Shown here: piece by piece, positions 51,235 through 60,737 of the stretch
How positions within the stretch are numbered: the stretch's first letter is position 1
Layout: the number at the start of each line of letters is the position of its first letter
DNA from: a virus
DNA length: 64,000 nucleotides
Strand: one strand, 5' to 3'
IMG/VR virus record: IMGVR_UViG_3300021429_002604
Coordinates: 63,439 to 127,438 of that record
Position numbers and translations under genes: made by a program
Notes under the pieces: generated by a model
Seen by the model: only the letters and a program-made list of their open reading frames with translations
What the model was told of the DNA's origin: nothing
Database searches by the model: none

Positions 51235-51465
51235 ATGAAAACATTTACAAATTTAAAACAATTAAACGAGATGAAGTACGGTCAAGCACTTTATAGTGAA
51301 AAAGACCATATGAAAAACCTTTTGGTTGCTGCATCAGGAAACGATCAAAGAGTACTAAACGACATTGTAAATTGTTTGACTGACGACCAAATGAAAAAGT
51401 GCTACGAGAAACTATCTAAAGTTTACGGGTATACTGGTAGCGTGGGTCAAAAAATAACAGGATAA
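51235..51465 (+). CDS. Small hypothetical protein, possible capsid-targeting-like N-terminus
   Basis: 76 aa, starting MKTFTNLKQLNE; preceded by GATATATA. Confidence 0.55.
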   Translation: MKTFTNLKQLNEMKYGQALYSEKDHMKNLLVAASGNDQRVLNDIVNCLTDDQMKKCYEKLSKVYGYTGSVGQKITG

Positions 51466-51489
51466 TTCTAACCCTCTAAATCTATTTTT

Positions 51490-52197
51490 ATGAATTTAGT
51501 CGGAATAGACTTCTCCATAAACTCACCAGCTTTTTGCTGCTTTAAGAACGGTAAATACACTTGGGGATCTGTTACAAGATCTGACAGATCTGCCGATTCA
51601 CTGTTAAAAAATACTAAAAAACCCTATTTCATATTGGAACAAGACGACAATTTTGTTCTACAGTTTGTTGATAAAGTGGATTTACCCGATGACTATTCGG
51701 GAAGGGAGAGAGCTAAAATAGGCTACTTCCTTGAAATAGTTAACGCTCTTTGGAACTCTATAATAGATGTAATGGGGCATGAACCATTTCACGTTGCCAT
51801 GGAAGGACTAAGTTTCTCATCCAATGGTAATGCTCTTATAGACATCTCGATGGCAACCGGACTACTGAGGGAAAGAATAATCTCGGAGGTCGGAGTGGAT
51901 TCTTTCCATGTATTTTCACCAACCACTATCAAAAAATATGCGGTAAAGGGGAATGCAAAAAAAGATGAATTGTATCATGCTCTTTATAATTTCAAAGAGG
52001 ATGAAACAAATTTGAATGATTTTGGTAAAATACTAGAAACAAACAAAGAAGAGTGGATAACCCCAAGCAAGGTGGTTAATAAACCGATCGATGATATTGT
52101 GGACGCAACTTGGATTAATTTATATTTAAAAAAGGAATTAAAGGAAAATTATGGAATTAAAGGAAATTTTAAAACAGCACTTACAGCAAGCCTCTAG
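51490..52197 (+). CDS. RuvC-like Holliday junction resolvase / RNase H-fold nuclease
   Basis: N-terminal VGIDFS, VAMEG, PTTIKKYAVKGNAKKDE and DDIVDA provide the acidic catalytic set. Confidence 0.8.
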   Translation: MNLVGIDFSINSPAFCCFKNGKYTWGSVTRSDRSADSLLKNTKKPYFILEQDDNFVLQFVDKVDLPDDYSGRERAKIGYFLEIVNALWNSIIDVMGHEPFHVAMEGLSFSSNGNALIDISMATGLLRERIISEVGVDSFHVFSPTTIKKYAVKGNAKKDELYHALYNFKEDETNLNDFGKILETNKEEWITPSKVVNKPIDDIVDATWINLYLKKELKENYGIKGNFKTALTASL

Positions 52198-52744
52198 CAT
52201 TTTAAATGACTTCATCAATAACGACGAGTATCTAAGCTCGGTCGAAGAGGCAGCTCAAACAATTATCACAGCACTACAGAACGGTAATAAAATAATCTCT
52301 GCGGGGAACGGCGGATCTATGTGTGATGCTATGCATTTTGCAGAGGAGCTTAGTGGAAGATATAGGAATGACAGAAAGGGCTTAGCCGCAGTTTCTATAT
52401 CAGATCCCTCACATATTACATGTGTGGGTAACGATTACGGATTCAAACACATTTTTTCAAGATACATCGAAGCCCTAGGAAATCCAGGAGATGTTTTCTT
52501 TGGCATTACCACATCAGGTAATTCAGAGAACATCATCTGTGGGTGTCTGGAGGCTAGAAGAAAGAATATGCTGGTTGTTATTCTTACATCCGACTGTGAG
52601 GGTGATTTACAAGTCGATTACGAGGACTTAGTAGACGTTTTCATAAAAACCCCTTCTAACAAATACGCTGACCGTATACAGGAACTACATATCAAAATAA
52701 TACATTCCCTGATTGATATGATAGAGCAAAAATTGGGAATATAA
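52151..52744 (+). CDS. gmhA: D-sedoheptulose 7-phosphate isomerase
   Basis: GNGGSMCDAMHFAEELSGRY, SHITCVGNDYGF..IFSRY, GITTSGNS and ADRIQELHIKIIH closely follow the GmhA/LpcA consensus. Confidence 0.92.
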   Translation: MELKEILKQHLQQASSILNDFINNDEYLSSVEEAAQTIITALQNGNKIISAGNGGSMCDAMHFAEELSGRYRNDRKGLAAVSISDPSHITCVGNDYGFKHIFSRYIEALGNPGDVFFGITTSGNSENIICGCLEARRKNMLVVILTSDCEGDLQVDYEDLVDVFIKTPSNKYADRIQELHIKIIHSLIDMIEQKLGI

Positions 52745-52806
52745 AAAATCAAGAGAAACAAAAAGTAAACAAAAAGTAAAATTAAAAACAAAAACAAAAA
52801 CAAAAC

Positions 52807-53763
52807 ATGAGTAATTTAGACATCTTCAATCTCGACGCAGAAGCGTTCGTAACGAAAACCGCTCAACAAGGTGGCGGAAAAGACCTTGAGTTCTACAAGC
52901 CTTATCCAGAGGATGGAAAGGACGGAGTTTACAAATCTTTAATCAGATTCGTACCTAACCCAGTCGATCCAGCTAAATCTAAAGTTCACAAATATTATGT
53001 GTACTTAAATGATCCTGTATCTGGTGATGGATTCTCTGTAGATTGCCCTTCAACGGTTGGAAAGAAATCTATTCTAAAAGATCTTTTCTGGAAACTTAAA
53101 AATTCTCACTCTGCTGCAGACCAGGAATTAGCTAAGAAATTTTCTAGAAAAGAGGATTTTTATTCTTTGATCCAAATTGTACAGGACAAAAACAAACCAG
53201 AGTTGGAAGGTAAAATCATGATCTTTAAATTTGGTAAGAAGTTAAATGACATGATCGAGGCTCAATTGCAACCTGAATACGGTGATCCTTGCAACCCTTA
53301 CGATCTTTTCGAAGGACGTGAATTTGCAGTAAGCGTTAGAAAAGTTGGTGAGTGGAACAACTACGATCTTTGTTCTTTCGTGGGTGAGAAAACAGCTATC
53401 AGAGTTAATGGAGTTGGTATGAAGAAAAATCAGGACGATATGAAAAGTGTCCTTGATTATTTGAATGAAGGTCCCCAGAACTTAACCAGCTTTGATTACA
53501 AAGACTGGGATGATGATGTAACTGATAAAGTTATGACTGTTATCAAGAACACTGTTCCTGAGCAAAGAGTGATCAATGAGATCATGGGTGGAGTATCTAC
53601 CGCTAAATCCACACCTGCACCAGCTGCTAAGCAGACTTCTACTTCAGATTTATATAGCGAAGTTAGTCAAACTAAAGTTTCTGGACATGTAGAAAAGCCT
53701 GAAGCTCCTGCTCAATCAGCAAGCAGCTCTTCTTCTCTAGAGGATTTATATAGCGATCTTTAA
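52807..53763 (+). CDS. Single-stranded DNA-binding protein (T4 gp32-like)
   Basis: LIRFVP, CPSTVG, GKIMIFKFGKKL, NPYDLFEGREF and NYD motifs, with an acidic C-terminal tail (LEDLYSDL). Confidence 0.8.
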   Translation: MSNLDIFNLDAEAFVTKTAQQGGGKDLEFYKPYPEDGKDGVYKSLIRFVPNPVDPAKSKVHKYYVYLNDPVSGDGFSVDCPSTVGKKSILKDLFWKLKNSHSAADQELAKKFSRKEDFYSLIQIVQDKNKPELEGKIMIFKFGKKLNDMIEAQLQPEYGDPCNPYDLFEGREFAVSVRKVGEWNNYDLCSFVGEKTAIRVNGVGMKKNQDDMKSVLDYLNEGPQNLTSFDYKDWDDDVTDKVMTVIKNTVPEQRVINEIMGGVSTAKSTPAPAAKQTSTSDLYSEVSQTKVSGHVEKPEAPAQSASSSSSLEDLYSDL

Positions 53764-53779
53764 TAGACACAATTTAAAC

Positions 53780-53811
53780 GGGGTGGTTCCTTAGAAGAAC
53801 CGCCCCTTTTT
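53780..53811 (+). terminator. Rho-independent terminator after the SSB gene
   Basis: GGGGTGGTTC-cttagaa-GAACCGCCCC (10-bp stem with one G-U pair) followed by TTTTT. Confidence 0.8.
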
Positions 53812-53817
53812 ATTACC

Positions 53818-54882
53818 ATGCAACCAGAAAAAGTAGAGGATACCCTAAGATTAGTTCTTTCCCGAGAATTTAGAGATAGCCCAGCCAAACAAATAATATA
53901 CAAGGCTGGTACTCGATTAAATTTCTCGTGTCCTTATTGTGGTGATTCGCATGACGCTAAGAAAAAGAGGGGTAATTTTTATCTGGACACTTTAGCTTAC
54001 AAGTGCTACAATGGAGGATGTGGAATATACAAGGACATAATATCATTCTTTAAGGACTTCTCTGTTTATTCAAGATTGACCGGCGAGGAGAGGGAAGAAA
54101 TACGTAGTATTCTTGACGAGGGAAAAACCAAGAGAAGAAGTGCATACGGTAAGATTGATATTGGATACTTTTTTGAGAATGATATAAGCGATGTTCTGAT
54201 AGATAGATCTAATTTTATAGAGAAGCTAAAACTACAGGAAGTCTGGGGTTCTTCGATACAAAGATATATTACTAGGAGAAGCCAAAAGCTAGATAAGAAA
54301 TTTGCCTGGGACAACAAGAAGGAGAGATTATTTCTATTTAATCTTACTCCCGATGACAAGATAATAGGACTCCAAGTGAGAAATATGAACTCTGCAAAGG
54401 GATCTCCGAAATACTTTACGTATAAACTTAGCGGCATATACGAGAAGCTTCTGTATGTTACGGACAATGAATTCCTAGAGAAAGCAAGAGCGGTGGATCC
54501 GATCTCCCATGTTTTTGGTATAGGCACACTGGATTTTTCCTCTGACATAACCGTATTTGAGGGTCCTATGGATTCCTGGTTTTGGACAAACTCTGTTGGA
54601 TTATGTTCCCTCGAGAATAAATTCCCATTCGAAGTTGATAATGTTAGATACTGGTACGACTGGGATAAAGCCGGAATAGAAAAAACGATGGATCTATTAA
54701 GCAAGGGTCAAACTGTTTTTAATTGGGGAAAATTCTTGGAAGAGAATGGAATATCTAAAAATAGAAAATGGGATTTGAATGAGCTAGTTGTTCATTTAAG
54801 AACCACCGGGAAAAAGATTAAAAGATTTGATAACTATTTTACTAGTGATGTTCTCGACCTTAGATATTTTATTAATGAATAG
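53818..54882 (+). CDS. DNA primase (T4 gp61-like)
   Basis: Zn finger CPYCGDS...KRGNFY...YKCYNGGC; TOPRIM motifs VFEGPMDS and YWYDWDKAG. Confidence 0.85.
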   Translation: MQPEKVEDTLRLVLSREFRDSPAKQIIYKAGTRLNFSCPYCGDSHDAKKKRGNFYLDTLAYKCYNGGCGIYKDIISFFKDFSVYSRLTGEEREEIRSILDEGKTKRRSAYGKIDIGYFFENDISDVLIDRSNFIEKLKLQEVWGSSIQRYITRRSQKLDKKFAWDNKKERLFLFNLTPDDKIIGLQVRNMNSAKGSPKYFTYKLSGIYEKLLYVTDNEFLEKARAVDPISHVFGIGTLDFSSDITVFEGPMDSWFWTNSVGLCSLENKFPFEVDNVRYWYDWDKAGIEKTMDLLSKGQTVFNWGKFLEENGISKNRKWDLNELVVHLRTTGKKIKRFDNYFTSDVLDLRYFINE

Positions 54883-55129
54883 AGAAAAAATGGGATCTGA
54901 TTTAACCGAGGAATGGGAATTTGAATTAGCTAGGCAGGAAAAACCTAAGCTAAAATTTCCTCTGAAGGTCATCGAAGCAGACCTGGATAAAGTTGAATTG
55001 GGATTTGCAGATCCCATTATAAATGAGCCAAAAAAGAAAAAGGAAGACAAAAGATCGCAGGAAGCTAAAGTCATAGATCTCCCTAAAAAAAGAAGCCATA
55101 ACAAAAAGGACAAATCAAAATTATTCTAA
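54875..55129 (+). CDS. Small hypothetical protein
   Basis: The likely start is the ATG at 54875 overlapping the primase stop, not the track start at 54827. Charged 84-aa product. Confidence 0.5.
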   Translation: MNREKMGSDLTEEWEFELARQEKPKLKFPLKVIEADLDKVELGFADPIINEPKKKKEDKRSQEAKVIDLPKKRSHNKKDKSKLF

Positions 55130-55572
55130 TGTCAACAGAAAAAACAGATTTTAATAAGATATTTGAGAACGAAAGAGCAGAGTGGAAAGAGAAAGTCCAG
55201 GTTCTAGCTATACAGATGAAAGATATAAAGACCCTGGCGAAAGCTCAGGTTGATATGTTTAGTAGCAGACAGGTTCTATTGGAATACAGCTACAAGTTGG
55301 CTTCAATTATATCTAAGCTTAGCGCAAGATACAGAGCGGATAAAGCAAAAAAACTTAAGGACTACTCCGAGAACAATGATGTTAGATATGGATCCAATGA
55401 AAAAACTGTTCTTATAGAAGGTGATCTTACGGAGATCAGCGAGAAGATAGAATTGGTGGAAAGCCACAGAAAATTCATAGATCAAACCATACAGACGGTT
55501 GACCATATGCTTTATGGTGTGAAGAGTAGAATAGCACTGGAGGATTATTTAAGAGGATCCACGGTAAAATAA
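55129..55572 (+). CDS. uvsY: Recombination mediator (UvsY-like)
   Basis: 147-aa helical protein with LIEGD...IDQTIQTVDHMLYGVKSRI, immediately upstream of the UvsW-like helicase. Confidence 0.6.
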   Translation: MSTEKTDFNKIFENERAEWKEKVQVLAIQMKDIKTLAKAQVDMFSSRQVLLEYSYKLASIISKLSARYRADKAKKLKDYSENNDVRYGSNEKTVLIEGDLTEISEKIELVESHRKFIDQTIQTVDHMLYGVKSRIALEDYLRGSTVK

Positions 55573-55583
55573 TATATAATTGC

Positions 55584-57137
55584 ATGTTAAAATTTCAAGT
55601 TTCCGAAGACCAGCAATGGATGATTTTAGTCGAGTCACTTGATGAGGTCGAGAAAAAACAAATAGACATCTCATTAACTAAAAAGATCCACAATTTTTAT
55701 TTCCATCCTCTTGTTAAAAAGAAGATTTGGGATGGCAGTATATGCTTCATAGAGAAGAAGGGTGGATTTTGGAAAGTTCCTATCGGGTTATGGAGAGAGC
55801 TTCTTCAGATTGGCGAGGAGTATAAAATAGAGATAGAAATCAACGGACTAGAAAATATAATACTCAAGGACCCAACGCTTGAGGAATTTACTGAGTGGGT
55901 CGATGAATTTTTCAAAGATGGTATCGGCGGAGATATAAGCAAGAAACCCAGGGATTACCAAATAGAGACTGCATGGAAATTGATCAAGTACAGATACTCG
56001 GTTTCCGAGGTGGCAACATCTTCAGGTAAAACGCTAATAGCCTTTATGATATTTTCATATCTTAAATCCAAAGGTTTAATTAAGAAGTTTCTGATGATTG
56101 TTCCTAGTACTAACTTGGTCTTCCAAGGGAGTGAAGATTTCGAAGATTATGGCCTAGATAGAATAGGAACCAAGATTCAACAGATTGGTGGGGGTAGTAA
56201 ATTAAGAGAGGGGTGTGATCTTATCATAGGAACTTTTCAATCATTAGTAAAGCAGGACGAGGAATTCTTTGCCGATGTTGATGCTGTCTTTGTTGACGAA
56301 GCACATCACACAAATAGCATGTCCATAAAAAAGATTGTTGCCAATTGTATGCATTCTAAATGGAGATTCGGTCTAACCGGTACTCTAACAAAAAGAGGAA
56401 CTGCTGATTATCTAACAATCCAGCAATTTCTAGGACCTCTTGTTGTAGAGATTCCGCCAAGCTTTCTCTTCGATAATAATTACGCAACACCGGTTGCCAT
56501 TAAGGTTGTTGTCATGGATTGGCTTGAACCTGAATACAAGGAAAAACTTGCTGAACTGAAGGCCAACAATAGCAAAGGTGGTGATAATAAGATAGAGGGT
56601 AATGAATTTTATAACATAGAGAGGAAGCTTGTAATAGAAAGCAAGAAGAGACTGAATTATGTGGTGGACTTCATTAATAAAACATCTAAAAACTCACTAG
56701 TTCTATTCCAATCGGTTAAGGACGAGTATGGCAAGCAAATATGGAACGCTCTTAGGGAGAAAAGCTCTGACAGGGAGGTTTTTTATGTTGACGGGGATAC
56801 CGATGAGGGACTAAGAGAGGAATATAAAACAAGGATGTCTACGGGGACAAATAAGATACTAATAGCCACATATGGTACATTTGCCACAGGTATCTCGATT
56901 AACAACTTACATAACATTTTCTTGGTTGAATCATATAAGAGTGAGGTTCTAATCAAGCAAAGTCTTGGTAGAGGGATGCGTAAGATGGACGGAAAGGAAA
57001 AGGTCAATGTGATAGATTTTGTTGATGACTTTAGCACTAAAGGCTACCAAAACTACCTAATAAAGCATAGCGAGGTGAGAATACAGATCTACAGGAAGGA
57101 ATGCTTCGATTACAAGATATTTAATGTTAAACTTTAA
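55584..57137 (+). CDS. uvsW: SF2 DNA helicase (T4 UvsW-like)
   Basis: PRDYQ, ATSSGKT (Walker A), VDEAH, GLTGT, TYGTFATGISI and QSLGRGMR motifs. Confidence 0.9.
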   Translation: MLKFQVSEDQQWMILVESLDEVEKKQIDISLTKKIHNFYFHPLVKKKIWDGSICFIEKKGGFWKVPIGLWRELLQIGEEYKIEIEINGLENIILKDPTLEEFTEWVDEFFKDGIGGDISKKPRDYQIETAWKLIKYRYSVSEVATSSGKTLIAFMIFSYLKSKGLIKKFLMIVPSTNLVFQGSEDFEDYGLDRIGTKIQQIGGGSKLREGCDLIIGTFQSLVKQDEEFFADVDAVFVDEAHHTNSMSIKKIVANCMHSKWRFGLTGTLTKRGTADYLTIQQFLGPLVVEIPPSFLFDNNYATPVAIKVVVMDWLEPEYKEKLAELKANNSKGGDNKIEGNEFYNIERKLVIESKKRLNYVVDFINKTSKNSLVLFQSVKDEYGKQIWNALREKSSDREVFYVDGDTDEGLREEYKTRMSTGTNKILIATYGTFATGISINNLHNIFLVESYKSEVLIKQSLGRGMRKMDGKEKVNVIDFVDDFSTKGYQNYLIKHSEVRIQIYRKECFDYKIFNVKL

Positions 57138-57147
57138 TTTCGTTGGG

Positions 57148-57155
57148 GATATATA
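57148..57155 (+). promoter_or_regulatory. GATATATA putative late-promoter motif
   Basis: After uvsW, 18 nt before the ATG at 57174. Confidence 0.55.
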
Positions 57156-57173
57156 GAAAAATATGTTTTTATT

Positions 57174-57719
57174 ATGAATATTAAATCCTTTAACGATTTT
57201 ATTGGCGAAAATTTGACAGAAAGCGAAGTTTATGGTACTGAAGGTAAAACCAAATTCAGTAGATGGCTAAGAAATGTAAATAGTCGTGTAAAAGACTCCA
57301 TGGGTGATAGTTATTATTCAAAGTATTATGATGACCATAATGACCCATACAAAACAATGAATCAGATCTCCAATATAATTCCAGGAGCTGTTAGATTGGT
57401 TACTGGTGCAGCTGCAGCTTTATCTGATTTCTTTTTCAAGGGTAATAATAAAGATGATTTTTCCAAACTTTCTAAGGAGGATCTAAAAACCAAAAAGAAA
57501 GAGGTTGTTGATAAATGGGACAATGATAACATAGCTTCCAAAGATATTACCGAGGCAGATGCTGAGAAATTCTACAAATCTGGAGTTCTGAAGGGTAAAA
57601 GATACTTCGGTAAAGAATACGATCCGGCTAATCCTAAGAACAAGGAAGAGGAGATGTACACGGATTACGTTAATGATGTGATGGAGAGATACCATAAAAA
57701 AATCAAAAAGAATGCATAA
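57174..57719 (+). CDS. Hypothetical protein with capsid-targeting-like N-terminus
   Basis: Starts MNIKSFNDFIGENLTE; preceded by GATATATA. Confidence 0.55.
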   Translation: MNIKSFNDFIGENLTESEVYGTEGKTKFSRWLRNVNSRVKDSMGDSYYSKYYDDHNDPYKTMNQISNIIPGAVRLVTGAAAALSDFFFKGNNKDDFSKLSKEDLKTKKKEVVDKWDNDNIASKDITEADAEKFYKSGVLKGKRYFGKEYDPANPKNKEEEMYTDYVNDVMERYHKKIKKNA

Positions 57720-58647
57720 TAGTAGAGTATTAAATTTTTCTGGATTTGCTATACTATTAGAGGGTGGTGCTGCTATTAAGACATCGAGAAGAATCAGGGA
57801 GGATGAATTCCCAAAAACTCTTGATAATATAAAGCAGATTCTTTTCCCTATTCTTTCAATTGATCCGACAAAGACCAATCAGCAGTACATTATAATAGGA
57901 AGCATTGGCAAGAAGAAGAATCCTGAGGACACGTCAGGTGATCTTGATTTGGGGTATGACAGCTCATGGTTTGCTAGGGAGCATAATATAACAGTTAAAG
58001 ATGTTTCTGCCTTTACGTACGACCTTCTCACTGAAAAATTATCGGATGCATTAGGATTCCAGCCGGAAATAGCATTTTTAAAAGGATTAAATATAGTTAG
58101 TGTCGGATGGCCAGTTGAAGGTGACGTTACTAAGGGTATAGTTCAGTTAGACCTTATACCGATCTCAAGTATGGAGTGGGCAGAATTTATTTATTATTCA
58201 CCCAACTATAAAATAGGTGAGAGTAAGTATAAATCAGCTCATAGAAACTGGTTATTAGCTGCTATACTAGCCGCAAGAAGAGAAGTTATAGGTAACGATG
58301 AGAACGGGGAAATAATGGATTATAACTCGCCTGTATTGATTCTTAGTGATGGTCTATTCTGGCACACTAAGTCATATAGAGGTAAATTAAAATCTAGATT
58401 GAAGAATCCAAAAAAGATTGAAGGTAGTGAAAGATTCGTTACCAGAGATCCACAGGAATTTGTAGATTTTGCTTTGGGAAGGGGATATACTCCGAATGAC
58501 GTTAAAACGTTTGAAGCTTTGTTAAATATTATAAAATCTCCGGATTTTGAGTTAAACCAGAATCTTCCGGAAATTAAGGATAAGTTTATGGAATATCTAA
58601 CTAGAGCTAATCTAGAGATACCTACCGAAATAAATCAGATATCTTAA
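57712..58647 (+). CDS. Pol-beta superfamily nucleotidyltransferase-like protein
   Basis: IIGS...SGDLDL (GS and DxD) with a candidate third Asp in VQLDLIP. Confidence 0.6.
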   Translation: MHNSRVLNFSGFAILLEGGAAIKTSRRIREDEFPKTLDNIKQILFPILSIDPTKTNQQYIIIGSIGKKKNPEDTSGDLDLGYDSSWFAREHNITVKDVSAFTYDLLTEKLSDALGFQPEIAFLKGLNIVSVGWPVEGDVTKGIVQLDLIPISSMEWAEFIYYSPNYKIGESKYKSAHRNWLLAAILAARREVIGNDENGEIMDYNSPVLILSDGLFWHTKSYRGKLKSRLKNPKKIEGSERFVTRDPQEFVDFALGRGYTPNDVKTFEALLNIIKSPDFELNQNLPEIKDKFMEYLTRANLEIPTEINQIS

Positions 58648-58670
58648 GTATAACAGTAAAGAATTTAGAT

Positions 58671-60734
58671 ATGTCAGGAATAAGTCATTTATATGATATT
58701 TACAACAAGAAGGGTAAAGATTTTATTAATAATCTCTTTAACTCCTATGTGACCGTTAATGAAAAGATGGATGGATCCGCTTTTGTGTTTGACCGGGATT
58801 TGGAAACTGGCAGATTTAATTTTTATAAAAGAGATCAAAGGAATCCTATTACTCTAGTTGATAGAACTCTTATGAAATATTACGAGATTCCGATCCAATA
58901 TATTGAATCATTGCCACCTCATATAATAAAGGATCTACCTAGAGGATGGAAATTTGGACTCGAGTATTTTGCAAATATAAAACCTGTTGAGATTGCATAT
59001 GATAGATTACCTAAGAATAATCTTATTCTTTCATATGTTCACACTAAGAGCGAAAATGGGAAACCATCGTCCACTATACAGGATAAGGAAAAACTTGATA
59101 CGTGGGCAGATTTATTAGGGGTTGAAAGACCACCGATAGTTTTCCAAGGGTATTTAAGCGAAGAGCAGAAGGATAAAATATTAGACTTTCTAAGAACACC
59201 GTTCGAAGAACTTGTCAGCGAATATAAAACCAGAAGCTTTGTTCGTTATATTATAGGTGTACTTAACCCGGAAGCTCAAGCTAGTGCTTTAAATAACGAC
59301 CTGGATAAACCGATCGAGGGTATAGTTTTCAGATTCGGCGAGGAAGATATCGAATCTGAACCGGTACTTTCCAAGATGGTAGATCCGGTATTCACTGAAA
59401 TGGCTAAAGAGAAATCAAAGAAAAAAATAGAGGAAAAACCTAGTGATTTCTTGGGCATAACCATATTGGATGCGATGAACTTTATACTGGAGAGAGGCGT
59501 TGATAGCTTTGGTGTTAGCGGAAACACTGATGACGAGAGATATATTTCATTCATATCGGATGTTTTTTCCAAATTCCTTGAAGAATATGGATACAAATAC
59601 AAAGGTGCGGATTTTCAAGAACCTGACTATTTAAAGAAGGACGAATTTAGATTAAATAAACCACTCATAAAAGATAAAAGAGTATTGAGTTACCTTGATG
59701 CCGATGATTCGTATGAGTCACTATTTAAACTAATACTAAATTCGTTCAGGAAGATAAAGAAAAGAGCAGGCGGTATTATCACTGCCGGTATAATTGATCA
59801 ATTCAATTTATTGGTTGGAGATATACAAGGAGTTGTATCAGCTAAGTCTACCCCAAAAATACAGGAATCGCAAGTTCCTTCATTCCTTGACTTTAAGAAG
59901 AATAATCTATCCGCAAAAACTATAGACTATACAACTTCTGAGAACGAAGAATCCGACAAAAGCGAGGAAGAATACGATCACTTCTATTCATACAATGAAT
60001 TCATCTCAGCTCTAGAAACTTTAGACACACAGGAGAAACCAAAAGAGATCATAACAGAGACCGATGAGAAAAAGGAGGAGGAACCTAAGGAGAAAGAACT
60101 ACAGGATGTGAATCTTTTAGTTGGTAGATTCCAGCCATTCCATAATGGACATCTGAATATGGTAAAGAAAATGGCAGAGGAGAACGAATTACCTAGTATT
60201 ATTGCGGTCGTACATCCTGGACATAATAGATCCGGTAAAACACCATTTGACGAGGATCTTGTTTCCAAATACATGGAAACAGTGGTTAAAGAAAATGCTG
60301 GCAAGATACTTGGTTATTTTATTATTAATAGAGGTCTTCTTGGAATCATTTACGGAAAGGCTAAAGAACTGGGATATTCGGTTAAATCTATTGCAGCTGG
60401 AGATGATAGAATAGACGACTATAAAAAACAAACGGAATATCTCAAGAAAGCTGGCGGAGATTTCCCTGACGACATCGAGATAATACAGACTCCAAGATCT
60501 AGTAGCGGAACTGAAGTTAGAGGGAAGATAGATAACGAGGACTTTGTGGGATTTAAAAAGTTGGTCCCGCATGCGGTTTCTACTTTTTATGATCAATTAG
60601 TTTCTTCCCAGAATGGAAGATCAATTAAAGAATCTGAAGCTGTGAATTTTCTAAACGAGTACGGCGACGAAAAAACCAGAGATGAAATAGAGAGCGAAAT
60701 AGCAGCTAAAGAAATTAAAAATAAAGAACAATAA
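58671..60734 (+). CDS. Fusion of an RNA-ligase-like domain and a HIGH-motif nucleotidyltransferase (NMNAT/cytidylyltransferase-like)
   Basis: Ligase motifs I (NEKMDGS), III (GLEYF), IV (IEGIVFR) and V (SKMVD); acidic linker; C-terminal VGRFQPFHNGH and SSGTEVR. Confidence 0.7.
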   Translation: MSGISHLYDIYNKKGKDFINNLFNSYVTVNEKMDGSAFVFDRDLETGRFNFYKRDQRNPITLVDRTLMKYYEIPIQYIESLPPHIIKDLPRGWKFGLEYFANIKPVEIAYDRLPKNNLILSYVHTKSENGKPSSTIQDKEKLDTWADLLGVERPPIVFQGYLSEEQKDKILDFLRTPFEELVSEYKTRSFVRYIIGVLNPEAQASALNNDLDKPIEGIVFRFGEEDIESEPVLSKMVDPVFTEMAKEKSKKKIEEKPSDFLGITILDAMNFILERGVDSFGVSGNTDDERYISFISDVFSKFLEEYGYKYKGADFQEPDYLKKDEFRLNKPLIKDKRVLSYLDADDSYESLFKLILNSFRKIKKRAGGIITAGIIDQFNLLVGDIQGVVSAKSTPKIQESQVPSFLDFKKNNLSAKTIDYTTSENEESDKSEEEYDHFYSYNEFISALETLDTQEKPKEIITETDEKKEEEPKEKELQDVNLLVGRFQPFHNGHLNMVKKMAEENELPSIIAVVHPGHNRSGKTPFDEDLVSKYMETVVKENAGKILGYFIINRGLLGIIYGKAKELGYSVKSIAAGDDRIDDYKKQTEYLKKAGGDFPDDIEIIQTPRSSSGTEVRGKIDNEDFVGFKKLVPHAVSTFYDQLVSSQNGRSIKESEAVNFLNEYGDEKTRDEIESEIAAKEIKNKEQ

Positions 60735-60737
60735 AAA

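Noticed and set aside
52151-52744. DiaA rather than GmhA
   Set aside because: The sequence follows the GmhA/LpcA consensus, including HFAEEL and RIQELH. Only the genomic location hints at DiaA.
54066-54704. 212-aa minus-strand ORF, and the many other 60-140-aa antisense or nested ORFs in the track
   Set aside because: They lie wholly within well-supported plus-strand genes (here the primase) and show no recognisable motifs.
60100-60620. HldE/RfaE heptose adenylyltransferase domain partnering GmhA
   Set aside because: The motif is GRFQPFHNGH (NadM/phage cytidylyltransferase type), not the GCFDILHAGH type, and no sugar kinase domain is attached.
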